Shown here piece by piece: positions 7,746 through 8,501 of a stretch of DNA of 8,501 nucleotides. The DNA is taken from NCBI GenBank assembly GCA_051294375.1, contig JBJCIZ010001255.1:5431-13931 (forward strand), written 5' to 3'. Position numbers and translations under genes: made by a program. A model generated the notes under the pieces. That model saw only the letters and a program-made list of their open reading frames with translations. It was not told the origin of the DNA and made no database searches. The DNA comes from Paraspadella gotoi. Taxonomy: Eukaryota; Animalia; Chaetognatha. The stretch's first letter is position 1. Each line of letters starts with the position of its first letter.

Positions 7746-8501
7746 AAAGGAAAGAAATTAATCAAAGTTCCCATCAATATTTTAATTTTTAGAAAATTAT
7801 CAAACTATTTCGCGAGTGAATTAATTATATCGCTCTTTTTCCCTTTTTCGTTTCATTTTTTTTCTCTCAGGAAATAAATTTTGAAAAGTTTTTTTCCCTT
7901 GGCTGCGGGACAAAGAACGGAAACCTAGGAATGTGGGCCATCAAGAATATGAGAAACGAATAGGACTCGAATGGGGTCCGTATGGGACCCGGTCCAGACA
8001 ATGGGCCAAAGATCTGTGGCCAATTTCAACACCGTTTCAAAACGAACTCATTCTCTCGTCATATAAATCACACGAAAACAAGGGGAAAAAAACACAAAAA
8101 AACTTCGGATATATTCGTTAGCGAAAAGATTATTTATATATAACGAAACCGGATTTAAAAGCGAGATGACGTAGAGTAAAAACGGAATTTAACGACGATT
8201 TTAGAACGAATAAGTGGGAATTCTGTCGGAACGGAAATAATCTTTTTTTATTTGACGATGAATAAGAATATTATGATTTATTGGAAAGGATGAATTTGTT
8301 GTATTGACTTTTGAAAAAAATTGGGAAGTAAACGCGAACGAGATTATAAGAGACCAAATATGATTCCACTCATTTCCTACGTTTCAGATTCTACCTCCAG
8401 AATTAAATGACCAAGAAAGATTCTCGGCATAGTAGACGAGTTTTCGTCTCACAAAAATGACCAAAATTCTAAAAATCGCAAACAAGAATCAGCGAAAAAA
8501 A

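Noticed and set aside
7067-7877. Hydrophobic 'membrane protein' ORFs and Gly/Arg-rich ORFs
   Set aside because: Translations of AAC/GTT, G-rich and (AG)n simple repeats.
7933-8121. 62-aa ORF with a GGGTCC-gtatg-GGACCC hairpin (7974-7990) and an upstream acceptor-like tract (~7871)
   Set aside because: No recognisable homology or consistent exon structure; a 6-bp stem is expected by chance.

Overview
Eukaryotic, repeat-rich DNA with no host gene, RNA gene or CRISPR array that I can support. Bases 1 to ~5000 hold a frameshift-riddled BEL/Pao LTR retrotransposon without gag: aspartic protease, RT, RNase H, integrase, C-terminal domain, polypurine tract and a 3' LTR starting TGTT at 4346. The notable feature is its architecture. 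The protease and N-terminal half of RT (1-~1381) lie on the minus strand, while the rest of pol (from 1382, including YVDD) lies on the plus strand. Flipping 1-1381 restores an in-frame RT (...FGTTPSGAIAMYCLQRL|AKDHEKEIHPSTKEAVEDDYYVDD...), so the element appears to carry a clean internal inversion with one breakpoint at or next to base 1. This could be a real inversion, a twin-priming-like 5' inversion, or an assembly chimera. The rest (5000-8501) is non-coding: homopolymer tracts, an 18-bp minisatellite, a GTT/AAC microsatellite, a G-rich patch and a few hairpins. I see no convincing evidence of a new biological system. Family consensus motifs quoted below are from memory, not from a search.
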